Both the position numbers and the translations under genes were made by a program. From NCBI GenBank assembly GCA_018000455.1, contig JAGNJW010000008.1, forward strand, positions 24,294 through 88,293: a stretch of 64,000 nt of DNA. The letters run 5' to 3'. Below are positions 55,021 to 64,000 of this stretch, piece after piece (position 1 is the first letter of the stretch; the number at the start of each line of letters is the position of its first letter). The notes beneath the pieces are model-generated. The model had not been told where the DNA came from and ran no database searches. It saw only the letters and a list, made by a program, of their open reading frames with translations. This stretch comes from Acidobacteriota bacterium (GTDB lineage: Bacteria > Acidobacteriota > Vicinamibacteria > Vicinamibacterales > UBA2999).

Positions 55021-56181
55021 ATGATCTCGACGCTTGCCATCGCCGGTTACCGGTCCCTTCGCGAGGTGGTACTGCCCCTCGGCCGGCTCACGCTCATCAC
55101 CGGGCCCAACGGCTCGGGCAAGTCGAGCCTGTACCGGGCGCTGCGCCTCCTGGCCGAGACGGCACAGGGCCGCGTGGTGTCGTCGCTGGCGCAGGAGGGC
55201 GGCCTGGCATCCACGCTCTGGGCCGGGCCGGAGCGCTTCTCGCGTGGGATGCGCGAGGGCGACGATCCGGTGCGGGGTGCCAAACGTCAAGGGCCGGTGA
55301 GCCTGCGCCTCGGGTTCGGCTCGGCCGATTTCAGCTACGCCATCGATCTCGGGCTGCCGGCGCCGCCGGTCGGCGCCTTCGGCCACGACCCGGAGATCAA
55401 GAGCGAGGTGGTGTGGGCCGGCGAGGTGCTGCGGCCGTCGGCCGTGCTCGTCGAGCGCAAGGGGGGCGTCGTGAAGTCGCGCGAGGGCCGTGAGTGGGCG
55501 CTCCTCACGCACCAGCTGTCGAGTTTCGACAGCATGATGACGCACTGCGCCGATCCCCGGCAGGCACCCGAGCTCCTGCTGCTGCGTGAGCAGATGCGTG
55601 GCTGGCGCTTCTACGACCAGTTCCGTACCGACCATGCAGCGCCGGCCAGGCACGCACACGTCGGCACGCGCACGCCGGTGCTCGGGCACGACGGCGCCGA
55701 CGTGGCGGCCGCGATTCAGACCATCACGGAAATCGGTGACAACCAGGCGCTCGAGGCGGCGGTGGCCGACGCCTTTCCCGGCGCCCGGCTACGCGTCGCC
55801 GTCCACGACGGCCGCTTCAGCCTGGAGATGCACCAGCACGGGCTGCTGCGTCCGTTGAGCGCAGCGGAGCTCTCGGACGGCACGCTGCGCTACGTGCTGT
55901 GGGTGGCGGCGCTGCTCACCCCGCGCCCGCCCGACGTGCTGGTGCTGAACGAGCCGGAGACGAGCCTGCACCCGGATCTGCTGCCCCCGCTCGGCCGCCT
56001 CATCGCGCAGGCGTCGCAGCACGCGCAGGTGATCGTCGTGTCGCACGCCGCCGCGCTCATCGACACGCTGCGGCAGCAGCGCGACTGCTGGCCGGTGACG
56101 TTGTCGAAGACGCTGGGCGAGACGTCTGTGGAGGAAGCCACCGGACTGTCCCGCCCGCCCTGGAAGTGGCCGCCGCGCTGA
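55021..56181 (+). CDS. Stand-alone SMC/ABC-like AAA ATPase (COG4637-like)
   Basis: ATG at 55021 gives MISTLAIAGYRSLREVVLPLGRLTLITGPNGSGKSSLYRAL (Walker A). Also ...LSDGTLRYVLWVAAL (signature-like) and VLVLNEPETSLHP (Walker B). Confidence 0.75.
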   Translation: MISTLAIAGYRSLREVVLPLGRLTLITGPNGSGKSSLYRALRLLAETAQGRVVSSLAQEGGLASTLWAGPERFSRGMREGDDPVRGAKRQGPVSLRLGFGSADFSYAIDLGLPAPPVGAFGHDPEIKSEVVWAGEVLRPSAVLVERKGGVVKSREGREWALLTHQLSSFDSMMTHCADPRQAPELLLLREQMRGWRFYDQFRTDHAAPARHAHVGTRTPVLGHDGADVAAAIQTITEIGDNQALEAAVADAFPGARLRVAVHDGRFSLEMHQHGLLRPLSAAELSDGTLRYVLWVAALLTPRPPDVLVLNEPETSLHPDLLPPLGRLIAQASQHAQVIVVSHAAALIDTLRQQRDCWPVTLSKTLGETSVEEATGLSRPPWKWPPR

Positions 56182-56230
56182 CGGCGCGCCGGCGCTACTT
56201 GACGACCACGGCGTCGCAGCCGATGACGTG

Positions 56231-58708
56231 CTATTGCGGCCGGCCGGCCGTCGGTCCAGCCGCGGGTGAAAGCGTGGTCGTGGTTTCGGCCACCGACTCC
56301 ACCTTGCCGCGCGAGTAGGCCACCGGGAAGTAGCGCCCGCGGGCCCAGAGTTCGAAGAGATCCCGGTAGTGCGGATCGTCGGGATTACCCGACTGGCCCG
56401 GCGTGTTGAGGCCCACGCTGTTGTCCCAGTTGTCGGTGTCGGCCACGATCTTGAGCGACCCGCCCGACGTCTGGTTGTCATTGCCGCCGGTGGCGCTCAC
56501 CGTCGTGCCATCGCCGCCGCGGGGGAACGGTCCGACCTCGAGCCTCTTCTTCATCTCGGCGTTCACCGCGTCCGAGAGCGGATGCCTGATGAAGGCGTGG
56601 TGCAGCTTCTCGTCGCCCCACTTCCAGGCCGCCATGTCGGCGCCGAAGCGCGCGGTGACGTCGGCTACGCCCTGCTCGAACGCCGTTGTCACCATCTGGT
56701 CACGGCCCTTGGTGGGCTCGGCGCCAAACCGGCCGTCGGGCGCGTAGAGGAAGTCGATGGCGCGCTTGGTGCTGATGAGACCGGCCGGCACCGCGGCGCG
56801 TGCTGCCGCCGGGATCGAGGCCTGGCGCACGGCCGTGATGAGCCGGCGCGAGAACAGTTCGTAGACGGCCGCCGCATTCGAGTTCTTGTCGAGCACGAAG
56901 TCCCACCGGAGGACGAGGTCCCTGGCTCCGGCCACGGCCGGATTCGCGAACGGCAGGTCGCGCAGGAGAGGCACGATGGCCCGCGCGGCCATCGACAGGT
57001 CGTCGTTCTGCAGCCGCGTCATCTCGGCCACGCTGAAGCGGCGGCCCGAGCCCACGACCTCCTCGATGCGGTGCGCGCGATACGGGTCGGCCCAGGTGTA
57101 GTGGCGCGCGTTCGGATAGGGATAGTCGTTGGGGAAGAGGTAGTGGTTGGCGGTCGCGATGAAGCCGCGGGTGGGGTTCACCTCGCTCGGCAGGGCGTTG
57201 ATCGGGAGATACCCGTCCCATTCGTAGCGGCCGTCGCCGGGCACCGGCAGGAGGCCGCTCCACGAGCGCAGGGGCGCGATTCCAGCGGCCTGCCAGCCGA
57301 TCGTGCCGCTCGTGTCGACCCACACCATGTTCTCGGAGGGCATGCGGTTGTAGGTGCACGCTTCGGCGAACTCGGCCCAGCTCTTGGCCTGGTTCATCCT
57401 CAGGCTCGACAGATACGGCGCCCCGCCGGTTTCCATCCATCCGGCGCGCAGCGCGTAGGCGCGATGTTTGGCGGCGTCTTCGTAGAGCACGGGTCCGTGA
57501 CGCGTGTACTTGAGCGTGGCGGTGGCGGCCGGTTGCCCCTTCACCGGGATCGTCTCGGTGACGACGCGCATCGCTTCCCACTGGCCCCGGTAACGGTACT
57601 CGTCTGCATTGGCCGGATTGGTCTCGTAGACGTAGAGGTCTTCGCTGTCGGTGCCGAATACGGTGAGCCCCCACGCGCCGTAGTCGTTGTGTCCGATCGA
57701 GACGCCCGGCAGTACGGGCTCGCCGCCGCCGATGACGTTCCAGCCGGGGGCGACGAGATGCACCCAGTAGCGCAGTGACGGTGCTTCGATGACCCGGTGG
57801 GGATCATTGGCCATGATCGGCATCCCGCTCTGCGTCTTGGCGCCGCTCACCACCCAGTTGTTCGAGCCGATGCCGGTGTCGACGATCCGGCCGCCGTCGC
57901 TCGACCGCGCCAGGGCCGGCTCGTCCGCTGCCTCGGCCCGCTCCTGGCTGCGGTAGGCGGGCGCGACGTCTTCGGGCCGGAAGTGGATGGTGTCGCGAAA
58001 GGCGTTGTAGACCTTGAGCACGTCGGCCGGGAAGGTCTTGGCGTCGATCAGCGGATCGAGCACGAGCGGGGGATCGCCGCCCTGCAGCCACAGCAGGTCG
58101 CGCAGGCCGTCGGCGCCGATCGCGGCCAGCGCGCGGGTGTTCGTGACTTCGTTCGGCAGGTTCGACGTGAGCGCCTGATGGCGCGAGACGACGACCTCCG
58201 GCGTCCACCTGCCGGGGGTGATGCCGAGCATCCGGAACTCGATCGGCAGCGTCGACGGCGAGCGCAGCGCCTCGTCCACCTGCGCGTTCACGCCCCGCAC
58301 GTAGGCCTCGACGATCGCCTTGCCGCGCGGATGGTAGTGGTTGAGCTCGGCGTCGAGGTCGCCCCGGAACCGGTGCAGCCGGGTGCCGATGTCGCGGGTG
58401 AGCTCGCGCGGCCCCAGGATCTCGGCCACGGTACCGGTGGCGCGCCGTCGCCAGATCTCGAACTGGAAGAGGCGATCCCTGGCGGCCAGGTAGCCCTGTG
58501 CCATGAAGAGGTCGTCTTCGTTCGCGGCGTAGATGTGGTTGATGCCCCAGCGGTCGCGGATGACCTCGACCCGCTGGTGGAGGCCTGGCACCGACAGCGT
58601 GGCGCGCGTGTCCAGCGCCGGCGCTGGTGCCTGCGCGTGTGCCGCCCCGCCCATCGTGACGAGACCGGCAAGGGCGAGCAGGGTGACGAGGCGACGGGAC
58701 TTCCGCAT
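56231..58708 (-). CDS. Penicillin/AHL acylase family Ntn-hydrolase, secreted
   Basis: Signal MRKSRRLVTLLALAGLVTMGGAAHAQ. Autoprocessing nucleophile context GIGSNNWVVSG. Confidence 0.9.
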   Translation of the reverse strand: MRKSRRLVTLLALAGLVTMGGAAHAQAPAPALDTRATLSVPGLHQRVEVIRDRWGINHIYAANEDDLFMAQGYLAARDRLFQFEIWRRRATGTVAEILGPRELTRDIGTRLHRFRGDLDAELNHYHPRGKAIVEAYVRGVNAQVDEALRSPSTLPIEFRMLGITPGRWTPEVVVSRHQALTSNLPNEVTNTRALAAIGADGLRDLLWLQGGDPPLVLDPLIDAKTFPADVLKVYNAFRDTIHFRPEDVAPAYRSQERAEAADEPALARSSDGGRIVDTGIGSNNWVVSGAKTQSGMPIMANDPHRVIEAPSLRYWVHLVAPGWNVIGGGEPVLPGVSIGHNDYGAWGLTVFGTDSEDLYVYETNPANADEYRYRGQWEAMRVVTETIPVKGQPAATATLKYTRHGPVLYEDAAKHRAYALRAGWMETGGAPYLSSLRMNQAKSWAEFAEACTYNRMPSENMVWVDTSGTIGWQAAGIAPLRSWSGLLPVPGDGRYEWDGYLPINALPSEVNPTRGFIATANHYLFPNDYPYPNARHYTWADPYRAHRIEEVVGSGRRFSVAEMTRLQNDDLSMAARAIVPLLRDLPFANPAVAGARDLVLRWDFVLDKNSNAAAVYELFSRRLITAVRQASIPAAARAAVPAGLISTKRAIDFLYAPDGRFGAEPTKGRDQMVTTAFEQGVADVTARFGADMAAWKWGDEKLHHAFIRHPLSDAVNAEMKKRLEVGPFPRGGDGTTVSATGGNDNQTSGGSLKIVADTDNWDNSVGLNTPGQSGNPDDPHYRDLFELWARGRYFPVAYSRGKVESVAETTTTLSPAAGPTAGRPQ

Positions 58709-58772
58709 GGTGTCCTCCAGGCGGCGCGCAGGTCAGCCGGACCCTCGGCCGACGGGCAGTATACTTTCAGAA

Positions 58773-60227
58773 ATGCGGTTTGCCCCCGAGTACGTCAACC
58801 ACGTACTCACCGACAACTTCGAAGACGCCAAGATTCACCTGCTGGCGCCGCTCGTGTCCATCCACTACGCGCACCTGGTGATGCTCACCGAGCGGCACAT
58901 CCTCTCGAAGGACGACGCCCGGGTGCTCCGCACGGCGCTCGACGGCATTTCCGTCGCTGCGGTCAGGCAGGTGCCGTTCGACGGCACTTACGAAGATCTG
59001 TTCTTCTACCTCGAGCACCTCATCGCCGAATCGGCGGGCGAGCAGGTGGCCGGCCGTCTGCACACGGCGCGCAGCCGCAACGACATCGCGATGACGACCT
59101 ACCGCATGTGGCAGCGGGGAAGCATCGCGCTGCTGGCACAGGCCACGCTGACGCTCCGCGCGGCACTGCTGGATCTGGCAAAGCAGCACACGGCGACGAT
59201 CTACGGCGCCCACACGCACACGCAGCCAGCGCAGGTGACCACCATCGCGCACTACCTGCTGGCGATCGTCGAGCAGCTCGAACGCGATGCCAAGCGCCTC
59301 GAAGCCGCCTACCGATCGACCAACGTGAACCCGCTCGGAGCCTGTGCCATCACCGGCACCGGCTTTCCGATCGATCGGCAGCGCACCTCGGGACTGCTCG
59401 GTTTCGACGCCCCGACGGGCAACACCTACGGCAGCATCGCCACGGTGGATTATCTGCTCGAGGGCGTCTCGGCTGCAGCCATCACCATTGTCGGCCTGGG
59501 CCGCGTCGTGCAGGACCTGCTGCTCTGGGGCACGATGGAATTCGGCTACCTGGTACTGGCCGAAGGCTTCGTGCAGTCGAGCAGCATCATGCCGCAAAAA
59601 CGCAACCCGGTGGCGCTCGAACACGCGCGCGGTATCGGCAGCCAGGCGGTGGGACAGGCGCAGGCTATCATCACGGCCGTGCACAACACGCCCTTCGGCG
59701 ACATCGTCGACACCGAAGACGACCTGCAACCGCTGATCGCCTCGATGTACCGCGACGCCACGCGCATGGTCTCGATCCTGGCCGCGGCGCTCGAGGACGC
59801 GCAGTTCAACGTCGAGCGCCTGGCGGCCCGGGCGGGTGAGGGCGGCACGACCATCACCGAACTCGCCGACACGCTGGCGCGCGACCACGGGCTGCCCTTC
59901 GGTACCGCCCACAAGATCGCCGGCCTGGTCATTCGCGGCAAGAACGACGCGCCGGCGGCGAAGATGTCGGAACTGCTGGCCACGGCCTCTGCCGACGTCC
60001 TCGGCGCGCCGATCGCCTACGACGAGGCCGGCATCGAGCGGATTCTGAGCCCGCGGCACTTCGTCGAGATCAGGAAGACCCACGGCGGGCCCGCGCCGGA
60101 GCGGACCACCGAAGCCATCGCGCAGTCTCGGGCGGCACTGGCCGCCGATGAAGCGTGGTGGAAGGGCCGCAAAGACGCCCTCGCCCAGGCGTCACGGCAG
60201 CTGTCTGACGCGGTCATGGCCCTATGA
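58773..60227 (+). CDS. Argininosuccinate lyase family (fumarase/aspartase superfamily) protein with atypical N-terminus
   Basis: ATG at 58773. Motifs seen: TARSRNDI, THTQPAQ, and the signature SSIMPQKRNP. Confidence 0.8.
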   Translation: MRFAPEYVNHVLTDNFEDAKIHLLAPLVSIHYAHLVMLTERHILSKDDARVLRTALDGISVAAVRQVPFDGTYEDLFFYLEHLIAESAGEQVAGRLHTARSRNDIAMTTYRMWQRGSIALLAQATLTLRAALLDLAKQHTATIYGAHTHTQPAQVTTIAHYLLAIVEQLERDAKRLEAAYRSTNVNPLGACAITGTGFPIDRQRTSGLLGFDAPTGNTYGSIATVDYLLEGVSAAAITIVGLGRVVQDLLLWGTMEFGYLVLAEGFVQSSSIMPQKRNPVALEHARGIGSQAVGQAQAIITAVHNTPFGDIVDTEDDLQPLIASMYRDATRMVSILAAALEDAQFNVERLAARAGEGGTTITELADTLARDHGLPFGTAHKIAGLVIRGKNDAPAAKMSELLATASADVLGAPIAYDEAGIERILSPRHFVEIRKTHGGPAPERTTEAIAQSRAALAADEAWWKGRKDALAQASRQLSDAVMAL

Positions 60228-60319
60228 CGGCGATGCAGCAGCAGTACGTGCGCGTCGCCGTCGTCTGGGTGACGGTGCTGGTCGCACTCTACGCCCTGCA
60301 GGAGTACTTCACGCCGTAA
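60224..60319 (+). CDS. Possible 31-aa single-TM micro-protein preceding the SSF symporter
   Basis: Not in the track. ATGA overlap with the upstream stop. Product is MTAMQQQYVRVAVVWVTVLVALYALQEYFTP*. Confidence 0.3.
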   Translation: MTAMQQQYVRVAVVWVTVLVALYALQEYFTP

Positions 60320-60348
60320 CGGCGGCCTGAAGCGGCTAGCCCCTGAAC

Positions 60349-62052
60349 ATGCACCCCATCGACTGGCTCATCATCGCCGCCTACCTCGGCTGGATCGCGT
60401 GGGACGGCTTGCGCCTGTCGAAGCACCAGGTGGGGCTCGAGGGTTACCTGCTGGCCGGCCGCAGCCTGCCGTGGTGGGCGGTCGGCCTGTCGGTGATGGC
60501 GACGCAGCTCTCGGCCGTCACCATGATCGGCACGACCGGACAGGGCTACGCCGACGGCATGCGCCTGTTGCAGCAGTACTTCGCGCTGCCGATCGCCATG
60601 ATCGTGTTGTCGGTAACGCTCGTCCCGTTCTTCCACCACGCGCGCGTCTACACGGCCTACGAGTATCTCGAGCGCCGCTTCGACGCCAAGACGCGCACCA
60701 TGACGTCGTTCCTGTTTCTCGTGTCGCGTGCCATGGCGACCGGCGTCGTCATCTCGGCGCCCGCCGTCGTGCTGTCGGTGATGCTCGGACTGAGCGTGAC
60801 CAGCACGTGCCTCCTGTTGGCCCTGCCCACCGCGTTCTACACGATGTTCGGCGGCGTGCAGGCCGTGGCCTGGACCGACGTCAAGCAGATGGTGCTCATC
60901 GTGGGCGGCCTGCTGGCGGTGGTGGTGGCGCTGGTCATGGGCCTCCCCGACGGCGTCGGTCTCGGCGACGCCCTGCACCTGGCGGGCACGACGGGGCGCA
61001 TGCAGGTCATCGACTTCCGCTTCGATCTCACCGAGAAGTACACATTCTGGTCGGGCACCATCGCGGCGTTCTTCCTGTTCTGCTCCTATTTCGGCACCGA
61101 CCAGAGCCAGGTGCAGCGCTATCTCACGGCGCGGTCGGTCGACGAGGCGCGCACGTCGCTGCTCATGAGCGCCTACTGGAAGATCCCGCTCCAGGCACTC
61201 GTGCTGCTGGTGGGCGTGCTGATGTTCGTGTTCTACCTGTTCACCCCGCCGCCGATGCTCTTCAATGCGGCGCACGAGTCACAGGTGAAGGCCAGCTCCC
61301 GAGGCGGTGACTATGCCGCTGCCGAGCGTCGCTTCGACGCGGCGTTCGATGTCCAGCGTGAGGCGGCGGCGAATCTGACCCGGGTGCAGCGCGCCAATGA
61401 CGCAGCCGGCACGGTCGAGTACACGGCGGCGTTCTCAGCGGCCACCGCCGAGGTGACGGCCGCCCGCGCCGAGGCCGTGGGCATCGTGAAGTCGGTCTCG
61501 GGCGACTCCTCGTACAACGACATCAACTACGTGTTTCCGACCTTCGTGCTCACGCACCTTCCGGTCGGGCTCGTCGGTTTGCTCATCGCTGCCATCCTGG
61601 CCGCGGCCATGTCGACGATCTCGGCGGAGCTGGCGTCACTGTCGACCGCCACCGTCATCGATTTCTACCGCCGCTGGTGGTCGGCCGACGCTCCTGAGAC
61701 GCACCTGCTGTGGGTGTCTCGCCTGGCGGTGGCCTTGTGGGGCCTCTTCGCCAGCGTGGTCGCCATCTACGCCGCGGAGCTCGGCTCGCTCATCGAGGTC
61801 GTCAACCGCTTCGGGTCGTATTTCTACGGTTCGATCCTCGGCGTCTTCATTCTCGCGATCGGCTCGTCGCGCGCCAATGGGCACGGCGCGTTCGTCGGCC
61901 TCATCGGCGGCATGGCGAGTGTCGGCTACGTCGCCACCCAGACCCGGATCGAATTCCTGTGGCTGAACTTGGTCGGCGCGGTGGCCGTCTGTGTGATTGG
62001 CCTGGCGGTGAGCGCGCTGACCGGCGGCAACCCACGGCCAGCCGAGGGTTAG
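60349..62052 (+). CDS. Sodium:solute symporter family (SSF) transporter with a long helical insert
   Basis: Polytopic ORF 60349..62052 with typical SSF N-terminal helices (...GRSLPWWAVGLSVMATQLSAVTMIGTTGQGY...). Confidence 0.9.
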   Translation: MHPIDWLIIAAYLGWIAWDGLRLSKHQVGLEGYLLAGRSLPWWAVGLSVMATQLSAVTMIGTTGQGYADGMRLLQQYFALPIAMIVLSVTLVPFFHHARVYTAYEYLERRFDAKTRTMTSFLFLVSRAMATGVVISAPAVVLSVMLGLSVTSTCLLLALPTAFYTMFGGVQAVAWTDVKQMVLIVGGLLAVVVALVMGLPDGVGLGDALHLAGTTGRMQVIDFRFDLTEKYTFWSGTIAAFFLFCSYFGTDQSQVQRYLTARSVDEARTSLLMSAYWKIPLQALVLLVGVLMFVFYLFTPPPMLFNAAHESQVKASSRGGDYAAAERRFDAAFDVQREAAANLTRVQRANDAAGTVEYTAAFSAATAEVTAARAEAVGIVKSVSGDSSYNDINYVFPTFVLTHLPVGLVGLLIAAILAAAMSTISAELASLSTATVIDFYRRWWSADAPETHLLWVSRLAVALWGLFASVVAIYAAELGSLIEVVNRFGSYFYGSILGVFILAIGSSRANGHGAFVGLIGGMASVGYVATQTRIEFLWLNLVGAVAVCVIGLAVSALTGGNPRPAEG

Positions 62053-62056
62053 ACGT

Positions 62057-62176
62057 ATGGCCAGCCGACCGCTGCTCCTCGCGCTCATCGGCCTCATCGT
62101 GGTGATCGTGGCGTCGTGGGCCCTAGGCGAGGCGCTCAGGCAGCGCAAGACGACCAAGCGTCGGCCGAAGCGCTGA
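62057..62176 (+). CDS. Possible 39-aa single-TM micro-protein following the SSF symporter
   Basis: Not in the track. The ATG lies 5 nt after the symporter stop. Product is MASRPLLLALIGLIVVIVASWALGEALRQRKTTKRRPKR*. Confidence 0.3.
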   Translation: MASRPLLLALIGLIVVIVASWALGEALRQRKTTKRRPKR

Positions 62177-62188
62177 CCGCGGATCCTT

Positions 62189-64000
62189 CTACAGCTCGAC
62201 CTGGACGCCCAGTTCCACGACCCGCTCCGGCGGCAGCCGGAAGAAGCCGGTCGCCCGCCCGGCGTTCTGCGCCATCAGCACGAAGAGGCGCTCCCGCCAC
62301 CGCGCCAGCCCCGGCGCCCGCGTCGGGATCAGCGTTTCACGGCCAAGGAAAAAGGTCGTGTCGTGGGCGTCGATCGGCAGCCCCTCGAGCTGCGCCAGCC
62401 GCAGGGCGGCCGGCACGTCCACGGTGTCCATGAAGCCGAAGTAGAGCGTCACGTCGAAGACACCGCCGCCGAGGGACTTGATGCTGACGCGCTCTTCGGC
62501 GTCGACATACGGCCAGGGCATTGTCTTCACGAGCAACGCCACGACGACCTCGTGCAGCACCTTGTTGTGGCGTAGGTTGTGGGCGAGCGCCGGCGGCGTC
62601 CCGTGCGGCTGCGCCGTCATGAAGACGGCGGTGCCCGGTACGCGGGCTGGCGGATGTGCGGCGATCCGCTGCAGGAAGTGTTCGAGGGGCTCGGCGCGCG
62701 CCGTCAGGCGCTCGGCCACCAGGCCGCGGCCGGTCTTCCACGTCGTCATGAGCGTGAAGAGCACGCCGCCGATGGCGAGCGGCAACCAGCCGCCGTGCAT
62801 GATCTTGAGGGCATTGGCGCCGAAGAAGAGCAGGTCCACCGTCAGGAAGAGCCCGGTGATGGCGAACACCACGACCTTCGGCCACCGCCAGCGTTCGAGG
62901 GCGACGTGGTGGAGCAGCACGACCGTGATGATCATGGTGAGCGTCACAGCGATGCCGTAGGCAGCGGCGAGGCTGGCCGAGGTCTGGAACCCGACGACGA
63001 TCGCCACCGTGCACATCATGAGTGCCCAGTTGACCTGCGGCACGTAGACCTGCCCGGCCTCGGCCGACGACGTGTGATCGATGGTCATGCGCGGCGCGTA
63101 GCCGAGCTGCACGGCCTGCTGCGTCAGTGAGAACGCGCCCGAGATGAGCGCCTGTGAGGCGATGATTGCCGCGCCCGTCGCCAGCGCCACCATCGGCAGG
63201 AGCAGCCACTCCGGCGCCATCAAGAAGAAGGGGTTGATGGCCGCGGCCGGATTCGAGAGGAGCAGCGCGCCTTGTCCGAAGTAGTTGAGCAGCAGCGCCG
63301 GCAGCACCACCGTGAACCACGCCAGGCGGATAGGTCGCCGGCCGAAGTGGCCCATGTCGGCGTAGAGCGCTTCACCGCCCGTGACCACGAGAAACACGGC
63401 GCCGAGCACCGCCACGCCGTGCAGGCCATGCTCACGAAAGAAGGCGGCGGCGTGTCTGGGGTCTGCCGCCGTGAGCACGATGGGGTTACTGGCCAGCCAC
63501 GCCGCCCCGAGCGCTCCGATGACGACGAACCACAGCAGCATCACCGGCCCGAAGAGGCGGCCCACATAGTCGGTACCGTGCCGCTGGATGCCGAACACGA
63601 CCAGCAGAATGGCCACCGTGAGTGGCACGACGTAGGGTGTGAACACCGGCGTGACGACGTTCAGGCCCTCGGCGGCGCTCAGCACCGTGATGGCCGGAGT
63701 GATCATGCCGTCGCCGTAGAGCAGGGCAGCGCCGAAGATGCCGAACAGCACGAGGAGCGGCATGCGCCGGCCGGCCGCTTTCCGCGCCGGGAGCAGGGCC
63801 ATGAGTGCCAGGATGCCGCCTTCTCCGTGGTTGTCGGCGCGCATGACGATGGCGACGTACTTGAGCGAAATGACCAGGAGCAGCGAGTAGATGATGAGCG
63901 ACAGCACGCCCAGCACGTTGTCCTGCGAGGGCGGCACGGAGTGCGTGCCGAAGAAGCACTCACGCAGCGCGTATAGCGGACTGGTGCCGATATCGCCGTA
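62189..64000 (-). CDS. kup: KUP/HAK/KT potassium uptake transporter; 5' end beyond the right edge
   Basis: The track ORF starts at an internal GTG (63937). The same frame stays open to 64000 and reads YGDIGTSPLYALRECFFGTHSVPPSQDNVLGVLSLI..., the conserved Kup N-terminal motif. Confidence 0.9.
   Translation of the reverse strand, partial: YGDIGTSPLYALRECFFGTHSVPPSQDNVLGVLSLIIYSLLLVISLKYVAIVMRADNHGEGGILALMALLPARKAAGRRMPLLVLFGIFGAALLYGDGMITPAITVLSAAEGLNVVTPVFTPYVVPLTVAILLVVFGIQRHGTDYVGRLFGPVMLLWFVVIGALGAAWLASNPIVLTAADPRHAAAFFREHGLHGVAVLGAVFLVVTGGEALYADMGHFGRRPIRLAWFTVVLPALLLNYFGQGALLLSNPAAAINPFFLMAPEWLLLPMVALATGAAIIASQALISGAFSLTQQAVQLGYAPRMTIDHTSSAEAGQVYVPQVNWALMMCTVAIVVGFQTSASLAAAYGIAVTLTMIITVVLLHHVALERWRWPKVVVFAITGLFLTVDLLFFGANALKIMHGGWLPLAIGGVLFTLMTTWKTGRGLVAERLTARAEPLEHFLQRIAAHPPARVPGTAVFMTAQPHGTPPALAHNLRHNKVLHEVVVALLVKTMPWPYVDAEERVSIKSLGGGVFDVTLYFGFMDTVDVPAALRLAQLEGLPIDAHDTTFFLGRETLIPTRAPGLARWRERLFVLMAQNAGRATGFFRLPPERVVELGVQVEL

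Overview
Dense, visibly very GC-rich bacterial chromosomal segment; composition was not computed. I call about 55 protein-coding genes. I recognised no rRNA, tRNA, CRISPR array, transposase or integrase. The gene content is TolB-like S9 peptidase, two M61 peptidases, DUF3179, an NHL propeller, PQQ dehydrogenases with c-type cytochromes, an ECF sigma factor with a Ser/Thr kinase-TPR partner, and a DUF5916-like outer-membrane protein. This suggests an Acidobacteriota- or Gemmatimonadota-like soil bacterium (inference only).

Housekeeping and metabolic genes:
- FGE plus a Cys-type sulfatase, gltS, ppgK-like, and a MacAB-like tripartite ABC exporter.
- An aa3-type cytochrome oxidase cluster, prfC, penicillin acylase, and an argininosuccinate-lyase-family gene.
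- An SSF symporter and kup, which is cut by the right edge.

Many long ORFs in the track are antisense or shadow ORFs, or 5' over-extensions typical of GC-rich DNA. I trimmed or rejected these.

Most interesting observations:
1. A tightly translationally coupled minus-strand operon (24283 -> 17621, possibly continuing to 16503). It encodes a secreted protein, a phospholipase-C-type phosphoesterase fused to an astacin-like metzincin, a caspase-like C14 peptidase, a large unknown protein sharing beta-sandwich modules with the caspase gene, and a 4-TM protein. It is followed by a frame-broken patatin-like remnant. This is my best candidate for an uncharacterised multi-hydrolase 'executioner/conflict' system.
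2. An in-frame TGA that replaces the first Cys of the CxxC motif of a DUF3179 protein, so either a candidate selenocysteine or a nonsense pseudogene.
3. Two divergently transcribed S8 proteases with C-terminal Trp-Gly hexapeptide (N-I-V-W-G-E/N) repeats. One is encoded by a near-perfect 18-bp tandem array.
4. A four-gene overlapping operon: a small protein ending in Cys-Cys, an ArsA/Get3-like ATPase, a DinB-family protein and a large polytopic membrane protein.
5. A conserved 29-nt element plus a leader hairpin upstream of two small secreted-protein genes next to the ECF sigma/kinase pair.
6. A bacterial collagen-like protein.
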